64,000 nucleotides of DNA from an uncultured SAR86 cluster bacterium (GCA_902509965.1 CABWZP010000003.1:5819-69818), one strand, 5' to 3'; numbered from the stretch's first letter, positions 52,243 to 61,684 are shown. Numbers and translations are program-made. Notes: a model not told the origin generated them from the sequence alone.

Positions 52243-53897
52243 TCTTCTAGTAATTTACTTAAACCAACAATAATAGCTTCAAAAGATGCTCTAGTGGTGT
52301 TTGGATTAATTCCAACTCCCCAGCTAGTTATGCCATCTTTTTCTAGTTCAATATAAGCAGCAGCTCTTGCATCTGATCCAGATGATATTGCAGACTGGTG
52401 GTAATCGGAAACTTTCACAATAATATTTAGCTCTTTACAAAGCCCGTTAATAAAAGCATCTATTGGGCCATTTCCTAATCCTGAAATAACAAATTCCTTT
52501 GAGTTCATCAACATTTTTAGCTCTAGTTGATTCACATCATTTTGAGTTGAGGATAGATGACTTAAGTATGAAAAATCATTTTTAGCTACTAAGAAATGAT
52601 TTTGAAAAATATCCCATATCTCGGAGCTGCTTATTTCTTTGCCTGACTCATCAGCTAATTTTTGTATTTTCTGACTCATGCTAATCTGAAGCCTTCTTGG
52701 CAATGAGACTCCATGATCTTTTTCTAACAAGAAAGCAACCCCCCCTTTACCTGATTGAGAGTTTATTCTTACAACTGCCTCATAACTTCTTCCTAAGTCT
52801 GCAGGATCTATGGGTAAATAAGGAACTGCCCAAATTGGATCATTTGAATCCTTCATTGCTTGGAATCCTTTTTTTATAGCATCTTGATGAGACCCAGAAA
52901 AGGCTGTGAATACAAGATCTCCAGCATAAGGATGTCTAGGATGAACAGGTAATTGATTACAATACTCAACTTCCCTCATAACAGAATTAATATTAGAGAA
53001 ATCTAATTTCGGATCTATACCTTGCGTTAGCATATTAAGAGCAATGGTAACGATATCTACATTCCCCGTTCTTTCACCATTCCCAAATAATGTACCTTCA
53101 ACCCTATCAGCACCAGCCATTAATCCAAATTCAGATGCAGCAACAGCAGTTCCTCTATCATTATGAGGATGAAGACTTAAACAAATATTTTCTCTATACT
53201 TTAAGTTATCGTTCATCCACTCAATTTGATCTCCATATATATTTGGAGTTGACATCTCAACAGTTGCAGGAAGATTAATTATAATTTTATGATTAGAAAC
53301 TTCTTTTAAAATTTCAGTAACAGCATCACATACTTCTGCTGCATATTTTAATTCAGTGCCTGTAAAGCTTTCTGGAGAATACTCAAAGCTCCAATCAGTA
53401 TTTGGATTTTTTATAGCAAGCTCTTTAATTTTAAGTGCTCCCTGAAGAGCAATTTTCTTTATTCCCTCTTGATCTTGCTTAAATACAACTTTCCTTTGGA
53501 GTGTTGATGTTGAGTTATAGAAATGAACAATTGCTCTAGGAACACCATTAAGAGATTCGAAAGTTTTTTCAATTAACTCTTCTCTTGCTTGTGTTAAAAC
53601 TTGTATATTTACATCTGTGGGGATTTTTTTGGATTCTATGAGATCTCTTACAAAATCAAAATCAGTTTGTGATGCAGAAGGAAAACCCACTTCAATTTCC
53701 TTGAAACCTAATTTGCATAAAAGTGAAAACATTCGATTCTTTCTTTCAGCACCCATAGGTTCTATAAGAGCTTGATTACCATCTCTTAGATCAACTGAAC
53801 ACCAAACTGGTGAAACATTAATGATCTTAGAAGGCCACTTTCTTTCCTTAATATCAATAGATTTAAATGGCTTATATTTATTGATTGGATTGTCCAT
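52239..53897 (-). CDS. leuA: 2-isopropylmalate synthase (long, yeast/actinobacterial type)
   Basis: WCSVDLRDGNQAL, HPHNDRG, GNGERTGNVD, AFSGSHQDAI. Confidence 0.97.
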   Translation of the reverse strand: MDNPINKYKPFKSIDIKERKWPSKIINVSPVWCSVDLRDGNQALIEPMGAERKNRMFSLLCKLGFKEIEVGFPSASQTDFDFVRDLIESKKIPTDVNIQVLTQAREELIEKTFESLNGVPRAIVHFYNSTSTLQRKVVFKQDQEGIKKIALQGALKIKELAIKNPNTDWSFEYSPESFTGTELKYAAEVCDAVTEILKEVSNHKIIINLPATVEMSTPNIYGDQIEWMNDNLKYRENICLSLHPHNDRGTAVAASEFGLMAGADRVEGTLFGNGERTGNVDIVTIALNMLTQGIDPKLDFSNINSVMREVEYCNQLPVHPRHPYAGDLVFTAFSGSHQDAIKKGFQAMKDSNDPIWAVPYLPIDPADLGRSYEAVVRINSQSGKGGVAFLLEKDHGVSLPRRLQISMSQKIQKLADESGKEISSSEIWDIFQNHFLVAKNDFSYLSHLSSTQNDVNQLELKMLMNSKEFVISGLGNGPIDAFINGLCKELNIIVKVSDYHQSAISSGSDARAAAYIELEKDGITSWGVGINPNTTRASFEAIIVGLSKLLED

Positions 53898-53903
53898 TAA
53901 GCA

Positions 53904-53933
53904 ATTGTAAATGTTAAAATTTTTTTATGACAA
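53904..53933. promoter_or_regulatory. overlapping divergent sigma70 promoters, each placed for leaderless transcription
   Basis: Minus strand: TTGTCA-18-TACAAT-6 nt-ATG (leuA). Plus strand: TG-t-TAAAAT (53912-53920)-6 nt-ATG (53927). Confidence 0.55.
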
Positions 53934-54367
53934 TTATTTCTTCTAAATCACAAACAATTTTACTAAACATCGGTATTCCTACTTTTATAAAGAGAGAGAA
54001 TTTAGGACAAAAATCTTCAAAATCAATTATCTTCCATAAAAGAGATAAGGTTCTAGCACTTCTTCTAAAACCACTTGAGAAGTATTCAAAGGAAGAGCAG
54101 AGTCTATTTATTTCCATTATGAATACTATGTCATCTCGAAACTCTAAAAATGAAGAATTATCTGAATCATTTGATCTTAAAAGTGATAAACAATTAAACG
54201 AAATAATTCAAAAGAAATACAACAAATCAGAAATTATTATTTCATTTGGGCTTAAAGCAAAATTAGATATAGATGTTATTCAGGCACCAAGCCTTTCTTC
54301 AATTATTTCTAATCCAAATCTTAAAAGACCTTTGTGGGAAAAAATTAAAAAAACATTAACTAACTAA
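53927..54367 (+). CDS. hypothetical protein, possible divergent DNA polymerase III psi subunit (HolD-like)
   Basis: N-terminal ILLNIGIPTFIKR and C-terminal APSLSSIISNPNLKRPLWEKI resemble the HolD termini; 146 aa; directly upstream of rimI. Confidence 0.5.
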   Translation: MTIISSKSQTILLNIGIPTFIKRENLGQKSSKSIIFHKRDKVLALLLKPLEKYSKEEQSLFISIMNTMSSRNSKNEELSESFDLKSDKQLNEIIQKKYNKSEIIISFGLKAKLDIDVIQAPSLSSIISNPNLKRPLWEKIKKTLTN

Positions 54368-54374
54368 AATATTG

Positions 54375-54809
54375 ATGCCTATTTCACTGATGAGTATTGA
54401 ACATCTTGATAAAATCCACAAAATAGACCAAGAAACCAATCCATCACCATGGTCTTTTGAAAATCTTAAATCTTCTCTTGAAGTTGGTCATCATGGGCTT
54501 GTTTCTTTAAAAAACGATAAAGTAATAGGTTTTGCAATGTTTTCGGCCCTGCCTCCAGAATGTCATATATTAAACATAGCTGTTGATAAAGAATATCAGG
54601 GTATGGGTGAAGGATCTCTCCTTCTAAAATATGTTCTCAAACAATCAAAAGCTATGAGGATTAAAAAAATATCTTTAGAGGTAAGAATCAATAATCTCAA
54701 GGCAATTAATTTTTATAAAAGTTTTGGATTTACTGAAGATGCTATAAGAGATAAATACTACCCAGGCAATCCAAGAGAAGATGCGCTTTTAATGTCTACT
54801 GCAATATAA
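54375..54809 (+). CDS. rimI: ribosomal-protein-S18-alanine N-acetyltransferase
   Basis: SPWS, HILNIAV..EYQGMG.G, LEVRINN..AINFY, YY...REDALLM. Confidence 0.93.
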   Translation: MPISLMSIEHLDKIHKIDQETNPSPWSFENLKSSLEVGHHGLVSLKNDKVIGFAMFSALPPECHILNIAVDKEYQGMGEGSLLLKYVLKQSKAMRIKKISLEVRINNLKAINFYKSFGFTEDAIRDKYYPGNPREDALLMSTAI

Positions 54810-55289
54810 TTAAAGCAATTCTTTTATGGCTGACTCTATCATTTCTGGAGTAGTTGTAGAGGCGAACCTATCCACAACCTGCCCATCCTTACTAATTAAG
54901 AATTTTGTGAAATTCCATTTAACATTTTTGGTTCCAAGAATTCCAGGGTAAGCTTTAGTTAATATTTTAAATAAAGGAGAAGCATTTTCGCCGTTAACAT
55001 CTACCTTGTTAAAAAGCTTAAATGTAACATCAAAATTATTGTCACAAAACTCTGCTATTTCATTATTTGTTCCACTTTCTTGAGCTCCAAACTGATTACA
55101 GGGGAATGCAAGAATCTCAAAACCTTTATCTTTGTATTTATCATAAATTTCTTGAAGCCCTTTGTATTGCGGCGTAAAGCCACATGCACTTGCTACATTT
55201 ACAATTAACAAAATCTTACCCCTATATAAGTCCATATTAATAGTCTCGAGGTTAATATCTTTAACTTCTACATCATAAATTGTTATCAT
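54810..55289 (-). CDS. glutathione peroxidase (Cys type)
   Basis: VNVASACGFTPQY, LAFPCNQFGAQE, KWNFTKFL. Confidence 0.96.
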   Translation of the reverse strand: MITIYDVEVKDINLETINMDLYRGKILLIVNVASACGFTPQYKGLQEIYDKYKDKGFEILAFPCNQFGAQESGTNNEIAEFCDNNFDVTFKLFNKVDVNGENASPLFKILTKAYPGILGTKNVKWNFTKFLISKDGQVVDRFASTTTPEMIESAIKELL

Positions 55290-55427
55290 TTTTGTATTTG
55301 AATTATTTTTTTTACATATTTTATTTGATAAATATTACAAATAATAGAGATAAACAAAAATGCCACATCTATTATTCAATATTTTATTTTTATGTAAGTT
55401 AGAATAGAAATAAAAATACAAAAATTA

Positions 55428-55886
55428 ATGCATATTGAATTTAAGTGGAAGACTTTTGATGAGCTTACGACTGATGAATTATATAAAATTATTCATCTTA
55501 GACAGAAAGTTTTTATTGTTGAGCAAAACTGCCCCTATATTGATGCAGATTATGCAGATCAACAAGCAAATCATCTACTAGTTCTTGAAGGTAAAAATCT
55601 CATAGGCTACCTAAGAGCTTTTGAGCCAGGGTATAAATATTCAGAATCTTCCATTGGAAGAATCATTATAGATCTTGATTATAGAAAAAAGGGTTTAGGT
55701 GAAAGGATAACAAGAGCAGGCATTTCTTATCTATTAGAAAAATTTCCTAATGATAATATTACTATTTCAGCACAATATAGATTACTAAGTTTTTATAATA
55801 AACTTGGTTTTCTTGAGAGAGGCAGTGTATATCTCGAAGATGATATTGATCATATAGAAATGTGTCTAGAATGCTTCAAGAAATGA
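55428..55886 (+). CDS. elaA: ElaA-family GNAT acetyltransferase
   Basis: ELYKIIHLRQKVFIVEQNCPY.DAD, IGR, ISAQ, FYNKLGF, YLEDDIDHIEM. Confidence 0.88.
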   Translation: MHIEFKWKTFDELTTDELYKIIHLRQKVFIVEQNCPYIDADYADQQANHLLVLEGKNLIGYLRAFEPGYKYSESSIGRIIIDLDYRKKGLGERITRAGISYLLEKFPNDNITISAQYRLLSFYNKLGFLERGSVYLEDDIDHIEMCLECFKK

Positions 55887-55939
55887 TAGAATTACATCTT
55901 TATATTTGAACTTATTAATAAAATTAGAATCTAAATACT

Positions 55940-57919
55940 ATGATACGAAAATATCTTTTAATCTTCTCCCTTAGTTTCATAATTGTTGGATGCGGCGGTG
56001 GATCTGAGACAAATCCTATCACTGTTGAAGTAACTATGGAATCAAGCGCCGAAGTTGTTCAATATAATGAGACTTATACAATTTCATGGACTTCTACTGG
56101 AAGCCAATGCTATGCAAGTGGCTCATGGAGTGGGGAGAGACCTGTTTCTGGGAGCGAGACATTTACTGCAAAAACTAACGGTCAGGTTGGTTATGGTATG
56201 GAGTGTAGAAAAAATAATATTTTTGCACAAGCTCAAGCAGTTGTAACTTTAGAGAAAGATTTTATTAATAGCTTTGATTTTAAAGATGAGGATATTATAG
56301 AAGTACTTTCCATAGATCATTCTGATGGGAGTAGGCACAAAATATCGAGTCATCAAGTAGGTGATTTTAATAATGATGGCTCTCAGGATATGTTGATTGC
56401 ATATAGAGTAGACGATCCAAGAGACAATGCTGAAGATCTGCATCCAAGATTTTTTCAAATTCTTGGAGGAGATGAACTTACTACATCAGAGTTAATTTTA
56501 GATGGATGTTCTTCAGGAGAAATGATGACTACCCTTGATTTTAATCTGGATGGAGTAGTTGATCTTGCAGTTTTGCCTACAAAATCAGTTAAAACTATAT
56601 CAGGTGAAGCAGTTGATTCTAATATCTGCTTTTTTCAAGGCTCAGAATCTGGACTAGATGTAACATCTTGGAACTCATTGGATTATATTGATAATTCATC
56701 CACTATAGATCTTAATAACTTTGCAGTAACTTCTATAGATCCTGTTGATATTAGTGGAGATGGCTATCTAGATTTACTAATGTGGGCTAAAGAAGGCAAT
56801 AATTCAACAGCAGGACTTCCATTCTATATAGTCGCAAATACAGCCTCGAATGCATTTGTTCAATTAAGTACAGATTTTATTAATCTTGATCCATATCTTC
56901 CAAGCAAAGGATGTTCACAAGATATTTTATTTCTCTGTAGTTGGCAGGATTTTTATGGTACCTCTCAAATTTATTTTGATGAAGGCATCTCAATTGATTT
57001 AATTGGATCAGCCTGTAATGAAGATTTATCTATATGTTCTTATACAAGTTTTAAAGAAAGATATGATGAAGGGAACGATTATAATTGGTCAGCTGCTTCA
57101 CCAGATGCATTAACACCGTCTGTAAACTCTGGACAGTCATATTCAAATAAAATCTCAATTGTTGATAATAATGAGGATGGTTTCTACGATATTTTCTTAC
57201 TTGAGAATAATACAAAATTCTCAGTATTTGAAAGAGTCATTTCTGGAATGAACACTCAAGATACAGGAGACTTCCTTTCATTATTGTCTTCATCAGTTAA
57301 ATTTACTGATGATTGGATTTTATTAGACTTAGATTTAGATAATGACTTTGATTTACTTGCTCCCATTGATTGTTATGAACAACCATGTAACAACAAAAAG
57401 TTTCATACATATAACAAATCTTTTTATGAATCAGATGTATCTACATCTGCAGGTGATATTACTTTTACAGCATCACAAGGTTCAACAATAATAACTGTTA
57501 ATGACATTGAGCATGGTGCAAACTATGGCCAGCTGGTTACTTTTAGTGGAGCAGAGGGTTTAGGCGGAGCCATTACAGCTGAAATTTTAAATGGACAATT
57601 CTCTATAACTTCAACTCCTTCAGTTGATACCTATACCGTTGAAGTATCTACTGGGGCTACAGCAGAGGATACAGGAAATGGCGGTTCTGTCGTAGTTGGA
57701 ACTTATGTAGAAACTACATATATTTGGTCAGAAGAGGACGTATCAGCAACAATTAATTTTCCTGGTAAAACTATTAATACCCTTTGGCTTGATTCAGATG
57801 GCGACAATGATATAGATGTAATTTCTATTTCAGAATCAAGAAGTGTTGTTGCAGGTACAAACATCCCTATAAGCTCTACTTATACAATATATCATCACAA
57901 AAATGATTCTCTAAGATAG
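55940..57919 (+). CDS. surface lipoprotein: Ig/PKD-like N-terminal domain plus FG-GAP (DxDxDG) repeats, with an inserted beta-rich domain
   Basis: Lipobox IVG-CGGG; TISWTSTGSQCYASGSWSG; repeats GDFNNDGSQD, LDFNLDGVVD, VDISGDGYLD, VDNNEDGFYD, LDLDLDNDFD, LDSDGDNDID. Confidence 0.8.
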   Translation: MIRKYLLIFSLSFIIVGCGGGSETNPITVEVTMESSAEVVQYNETYTISWTSTGSQCYASGSWSGERPVSGSETFTAKTNGQVGYGMECRKNNIFAQAQAVVTLEKDFINSFDFKDEDIIEVLSIDHSDGSRHKISSHQVGDFNNDGSQDMLIAYRVDDPRDNAEDLHPRFFQILGGDELTTSELILDGCSSGEMMTTLDFNLDGVVDLAVLPTKSVKTISGEAVDSNICFFQGSESGLDVTSWNSLDYIDNSSTIDLNNFAVTSIDPVDISGDGYLDLLMWAKEGNNSTAGLPFYIVANTASNAFVQLSTDFINLDPYLPSKGCSQDILFLCSWQDFYGTSQIYFDEGISIDLIGSACNEDLSICSYTSFKERYDEGNDYNWSAASPDALTPSVNSGQSYSNKISIVDNNEDGFYDIFLLENNTKFSVFERVISGMNTQDTGDFLSLLSSSVKFTDDWILLDLDLDNDFDLLAPIDCYEQPCNNKKFHTYNKSFYESDVSTSAGDITFTASQGSTIITVNDIEHGANYGQLVTFSGAEGLGGAITAEILNGQFSITSTPSVDTYTVEVSTGATAEDTGNGGSVVVGTYVETTYIWSEEDVSATINFPGKTINTLWLDSDGDNDIDVISISESRSVVAGTNIPISSTYTIYHHKNDSLR

Positions 57920-57922
57920 CTT

Positions 57923-58936
57923 ATGCAGGTTGTAAGACTCGTAAAAACCTCTGATCTTCAACAGGTTTCAGAGCTTATAAAGAAAACTGGAATTGGCATG
58001 ACTACTATGCCAAAAAATAGAAAGGAAGTTCAAGAAAGAATTGCATGGTCTGTAAATTCTGCAAATAAAAAAAGCGCAAATCCAAATAAAGATACTTATC
58101 TATTTGTCCTAGAAAATGAAAAAAAAATTATAGGAATTTCAGCAATTTACACTTCTGTCTCAAAAGAAAAACCATCTGTATTTTTCAAACTTAAGAAAAT
58201 TAAGCTATCTTCAGATACCTATAAATTTGAAAAAACATCGGATATATTACAGTTGCATCTATTGCATAAACCCTATTCAGAATTAGGAACTATTTTTATA
58301 GATCCTTCTTCTAGGGGAAGAGGGCGTGGATCATTATTATCATTTGCTAGACTTCAACTTATAGCAGCTCATAAGACTAGATTTGATAAAAAAATTCTTG
58401 TAGAGATTAGAGGCTGGAAAGATAAAAATAATAAATCATACTTTTGGGAGTCATTCAGCAAAGCCTTTTTTAATTTAGATTTTTTTAGCATTGATAGACT
58501 AAGCTATATAGATAATCATTTTATAACTGAATCTGTTCCCAAATTTCCTTTTATAGTTGAACTCCTTCCTAAAAGAGTTCAAAAAGTTCTTGCAAAGCCT
58601 CACCCTAATGCAATGCCTGCTTTAAGTATGCTTGCCAAACAAGGCTTTAAAACAAATGGCTTGGTTGATATCTTAGATGGCGGTCCTTGTATGGAAGTTT
58701 TGGCTACAAAGATACCTATAGTGAAATCCTCTTTTAAAGTTAAAGTTGAAGTAAAAAGATCACTCAATTTTAGTAATTATGGATTTATAACAAACTATTC
58801 ATTAAATAATTTTAGAGTTGTTAGAGAAAATTATAATTTAATAAAAAATAATACCATTGAGATATCACAAAAGACTGCAAAAGCTTTGCAAATCTCCACA
58901 GGTGACAAAGTTAGAATAAATATTGAGAGCATTTAA
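57923..58936 (+). CDS. astA: arginine N-succinyltransferase
   Basis: YLFVLE, SELGTIF, GSLLSFAR, VEIRG, DILDGGP; leads astD-astB. Confidence 0.88.
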   Translation: MQVVRLVKTSDLQQVSELIKKTGIGMTTMPKNRKEVQERIAWSVNSANKKSANPNKDTYLFVLENEKKIIGISAIYTSVSKEKPSVFFKLKKIKLSSDTYKFEKTSDILQLHLLHKPYSELGTIFIDPSSRGRGRGSLLSFARLQLIAAHKTRFDKKILVEIRGWKDKNNKSYFWESFSKAFFNLDFFSIDRLSYIDNHFITESVPKFPFIVELLPKRVQKVLAKPHPNAMPALSMLAKQGFKTNGLVDILDGGPCMEVLATKIPIVKSSFKVKVEVKRSLNFSNYGFITNYSLNNFRVVRENYNLIKNNTIEISQKTAKALQISTGDKVRINIESI

Positions 58937-60351
58937 TGATTTACATAAATGGAAAATGGACTGAAGGTGATGGAAGTACCTTTAGCAGTATTTCCCCTTT
59001 AGATAACCAGCCAATTTGGAATGGAAACTATGCTTCTAACTCGCAAATTTCAAGAGCTATTAATTCAGCATATGATGCTTTTCCAGATTGGAATAAAAGA
59101 GGCTTGGATTCAAGACTAAAGATTATTAAAAGATTTTATTCTCTTCTCGAAGTCAATAAAGATAAAATTAAAGACTTAATTAGACTTGAAACTGGAAAAG
59201 AAAATTCAGATAGTCTTTCTGAAGTTAACGCATCAATAGCCAAGTACCAAAACTCTTTAAATGCATTTCACTCAAGAACTGGTATGTCTTCAAGCTCATT
59301 AGGAGAGAATATTCAAATTACAAATCATAAACCTCATGGTATTTTAAACGTTATTGGTCCATTTAATTTTCCATTTCACCTTCCAAATGGTCACATAACA
59401 CCAGCTCTCATTGCTGGAAATGTTGTTATCTTTAAACCTAGCGAACATACTCCTCTTGTTAGCGAACTTATGATCAAATTGTGGGACGAAGCTGGAATAC
59501 CAAATGGTGTTATGACTCTTCTTCATGGTTCTAAAGATGTAGTAAGGAGACTTGCTAAGCACCCTAAAACAAATGGACTTTTATTCACTGGAGGGCATGT
59601 TGCAGGCATATCATTAAATAAACTAATGGCTAATTATCCTCATAAAATATTAGCTCTAGAGCTTGGTGGCAATAATCCGTTAGTAGTGTGGAATACAAGA
59701 AAATTAAAAAAAGCATCTAGTCTAATTTTTGAATCTGCATTTATTTCATCTGGACAAAGATGTACTTGCGCAAGAAGATTAATACTTCAGGATTCTAAAT
59801 CTTCAAAAAAAATTATTGAATTAATTAAAAATAAATCAAAATCATTATCCTATATAGAATCATCTAAAGAGTATTTTTATGGTCCTTTAATATCAAAAGC
59901 TGCAGTTAAAAGTTTTATTGATTTTCAAGATTTACTTATAAAAGCAGGCGGCAAAGTAATTTTAAAAGGCAAACATGTTAAATCTAAAGGTAATTATGTA
60001 ACTCCTTCAATAATAGATATGACAGGAGTTACAAAACTTATTGATAAAGAAATATTTGGACCGATGATTCAAATAAAATTTGTTACTTCATTCCCACAAG
60101 CTATTTCTGAGGCAAACAATACTTCATTTGGTCTTTCAGCAGGGCTTATTTCTGATAAAAAATCGTTTTTTGATAGTTTTGTTAATGAAGTTTCAGCAGG
60201 AATAATCAACTTTAATACAACCACAACAGGGGCATCTGGCAGTGCGCCATTTGGAGGTTCTGGAATGAGTGGTAACTTAAGACCAGCAGGATTCTATGCA
60301 GCTGATTATTGCGCATGGCCTGTAGCAAGCGTCATTAATCAAAATCTTTAG
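58936..60351 (+). CDS. astD: N-succinylglutamate 5-semialdehyde dehydrogenase
   Basis: GPFNFPFHLPNGHI.PAL, ALELGGNNPL, GQRCTCARRL, GASGSAPFGG.G.SGN.R...YAADYCAWP. Confidence 0.93.
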   Translation: MIYINGKWTEGDGSTFSSISPLDNQPIWNGNYASNSQISRAINSAYDAFPDWNKRGLDSRLKIIKRFYSLLEVNKDKIKDLIRLETGKENSDSLSEVNASIAKYQNSLNAFHSRTGMSSSSLGENIQITNHKPHGILNVIGPFNFPFHLPNGHITPALIAGNVVIFKPSEHTPLVSELMIKLWDEAGIPNGVMTLLHGSKDVVRRLAKHPKTNGLLFTGGHVAGISLNKLMANYPHKILALELGGNNPLVVWNTRKLKKASSLIFESAFISSGQRCTCARRLILQDSKSSKKIIELIKNKSKSLSYIESSKEYFYGPLISKAAVKSFIDFQDLLIKAGGKVILKGKHVKSKGNYVTPSIIDMTGVTKLIDKEIFGPMIQIKFVTSFPQAISEANNTSFGLSAGLISDKKSFFDSFVNEVSAGIINFNTTTTGASGSAPFGGSGMSGNLRPAGFYAADYCAWPVASVINQNL

Positions 60352-60353
60352 TT

Positions 60354-61679
60354 ATGTATCAAGGTGAATTAAATTTTGATGGTCTTATAGGCCCTACTCA
60401 TAATTATTCTGGTCTCTCTGAAGGAAATATAGCCTCTTCTAAGAATAGTAAAAAAACCTCTAATCCTAAAAAAGCTGCCCTTCAAGGGCTTAAAAAAATG
60501 AAATTATTAATTGAGATGGGTATTCCTCAGGGTATATTTTTACCTCATGAAAGACCTAGCTTAAGTTTTCTGCGTACTCAGGGTTTTTCAGGAAGTGATG
60601 CAGATATTGTCGGATCAGCTGCAAAGATCTCTAGCTTATTACTTAATCAATCTTATTCTGCATCCTCAATGTGGGCAGCTAATGCAGCAACATTCTCTCC
60701 AAGTGTTGATTGCCAAGATGCAATTGCTCATATAACACCCGCTAATTTATTTTCAATGCAGCACAGGAGAATTGAGGCTAATTTTACATATCAGCAACTA
60801 AACCTTATTTTTAAAAGTTCACACTTTAAAATTCATAAACCTATTGAATCAACTGATCTAATGAGTGATGAGGGTGCTGCTAATCATTTAAGAATTACGA
60901 ACTCTCATCTTAAAAGAGGTATTCATGTATTTGTATATGGAAGAGATACCTCTAAAGAGAGTTTAAACTTTGTAGCTAGACAGTCTAGAGCAGCATCTGA
61001 ATATATTGCTAACTCTCATAAACTGGATATGAAGCAAACTTTCTTTTTAAAACAAAATATGAAAGCAATCAATAGGGGAAGTTTTCACAATGACATTGTT
61101 AGTTTAGCAACTGAGAATGTATTTATTTTTCATGAAGAAGCATTTGAAGACTCCAAGCATAAAATTCAAAAAATTAAAAATTCTTTAAAAGTTCAAGAGA
61201 ACAATTTCTTTATAGAAATTTCAAAAAATGATATCCCGCTTGATATTTTAGTTAATTCGTATTTGCTCAATTCACAATTAGTTCGGAACTCATCAGGGGA
61301 CATGACTTTTATTATGCCAACTGAGGTGAATAATTATTCAGAGTGCAAAGAATGGCTTAAATGGGTTAAAGAAAATACCCCTATAAAGGATTTTAAGTAT
61401 GTTGATATCAAACAGAGCATGATGAATGGAGGAGGCCCCGCATGCCTAAGATTTAAAATAGTTGTTAATAAAGATGAATTTAATAATATAAATCCTAATT
61501 TTCTTTTAAATCCAGATTTAATCAAAAAGTTAGAGGCGCTCATCAATAATTCATATAGAGATAACTTAGAAATTAAAGATTTATCAGATCCTGAATTAAT
61601 AAATGAAAGTTATACAATTCTTGATAACTTAACCCAGATATTTAAAACGGGTAGTATTTACAGTTTCCAAAAAGAATAA
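60354..61679 (+). CDS. astB: N-succinylarginine dihydrolase
   Basis: ELNFDGLIGPTHNYSGLS.GN.AS, SASSMWAANAAT, DEGAANH, SMMNGGGPACLR. Confidence 0.96.
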   Translation: MYQGELNFDGLIGPTHNYSGLSEGNIASSKNSKKTSNPKKAALQGLKKMKLLIEMGIPQGIFLPHERPSLSFLRTQGFSGSDADIVGSAAKISSLLLNQSYSASSMWAANAATFSPSVDCQDAIAHITPANLFSMQHRRIEANFTYQQLNLIFKSSHFKIHKPIESTDLMSDEGAANHLRITNSHLKRGIHVFVYGRDTSKESLNFVARQSRAASEYIANSHKLDMKQTFFLKQNMKAINRGSFHNDIVSLATENVFIFHEEAFEDSKHKIQKIKNSLKVQENNFFIEISKNDIPLDILVNSYLLNSQLVRNSSGDMTFIMPTEVNNYSECKEWLKWVKENTPIKDFKYVDIKQSMMNGGGPACLRFKIVVNKDEFNNINPNFLLNPDLIKKLEALINNSYRDNLEIKDLSDPELINESYTILDNLTQIFKTGSIYSFQKE

Positions 61680-61684
61680 AGCTA

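Noticed and set aside
54810-55289. Selenocysteine recoding in glutathione peroxidase
   Set aside because: The active-site codon encodes Cys (ASACGFT); there is no in-frame TGA.
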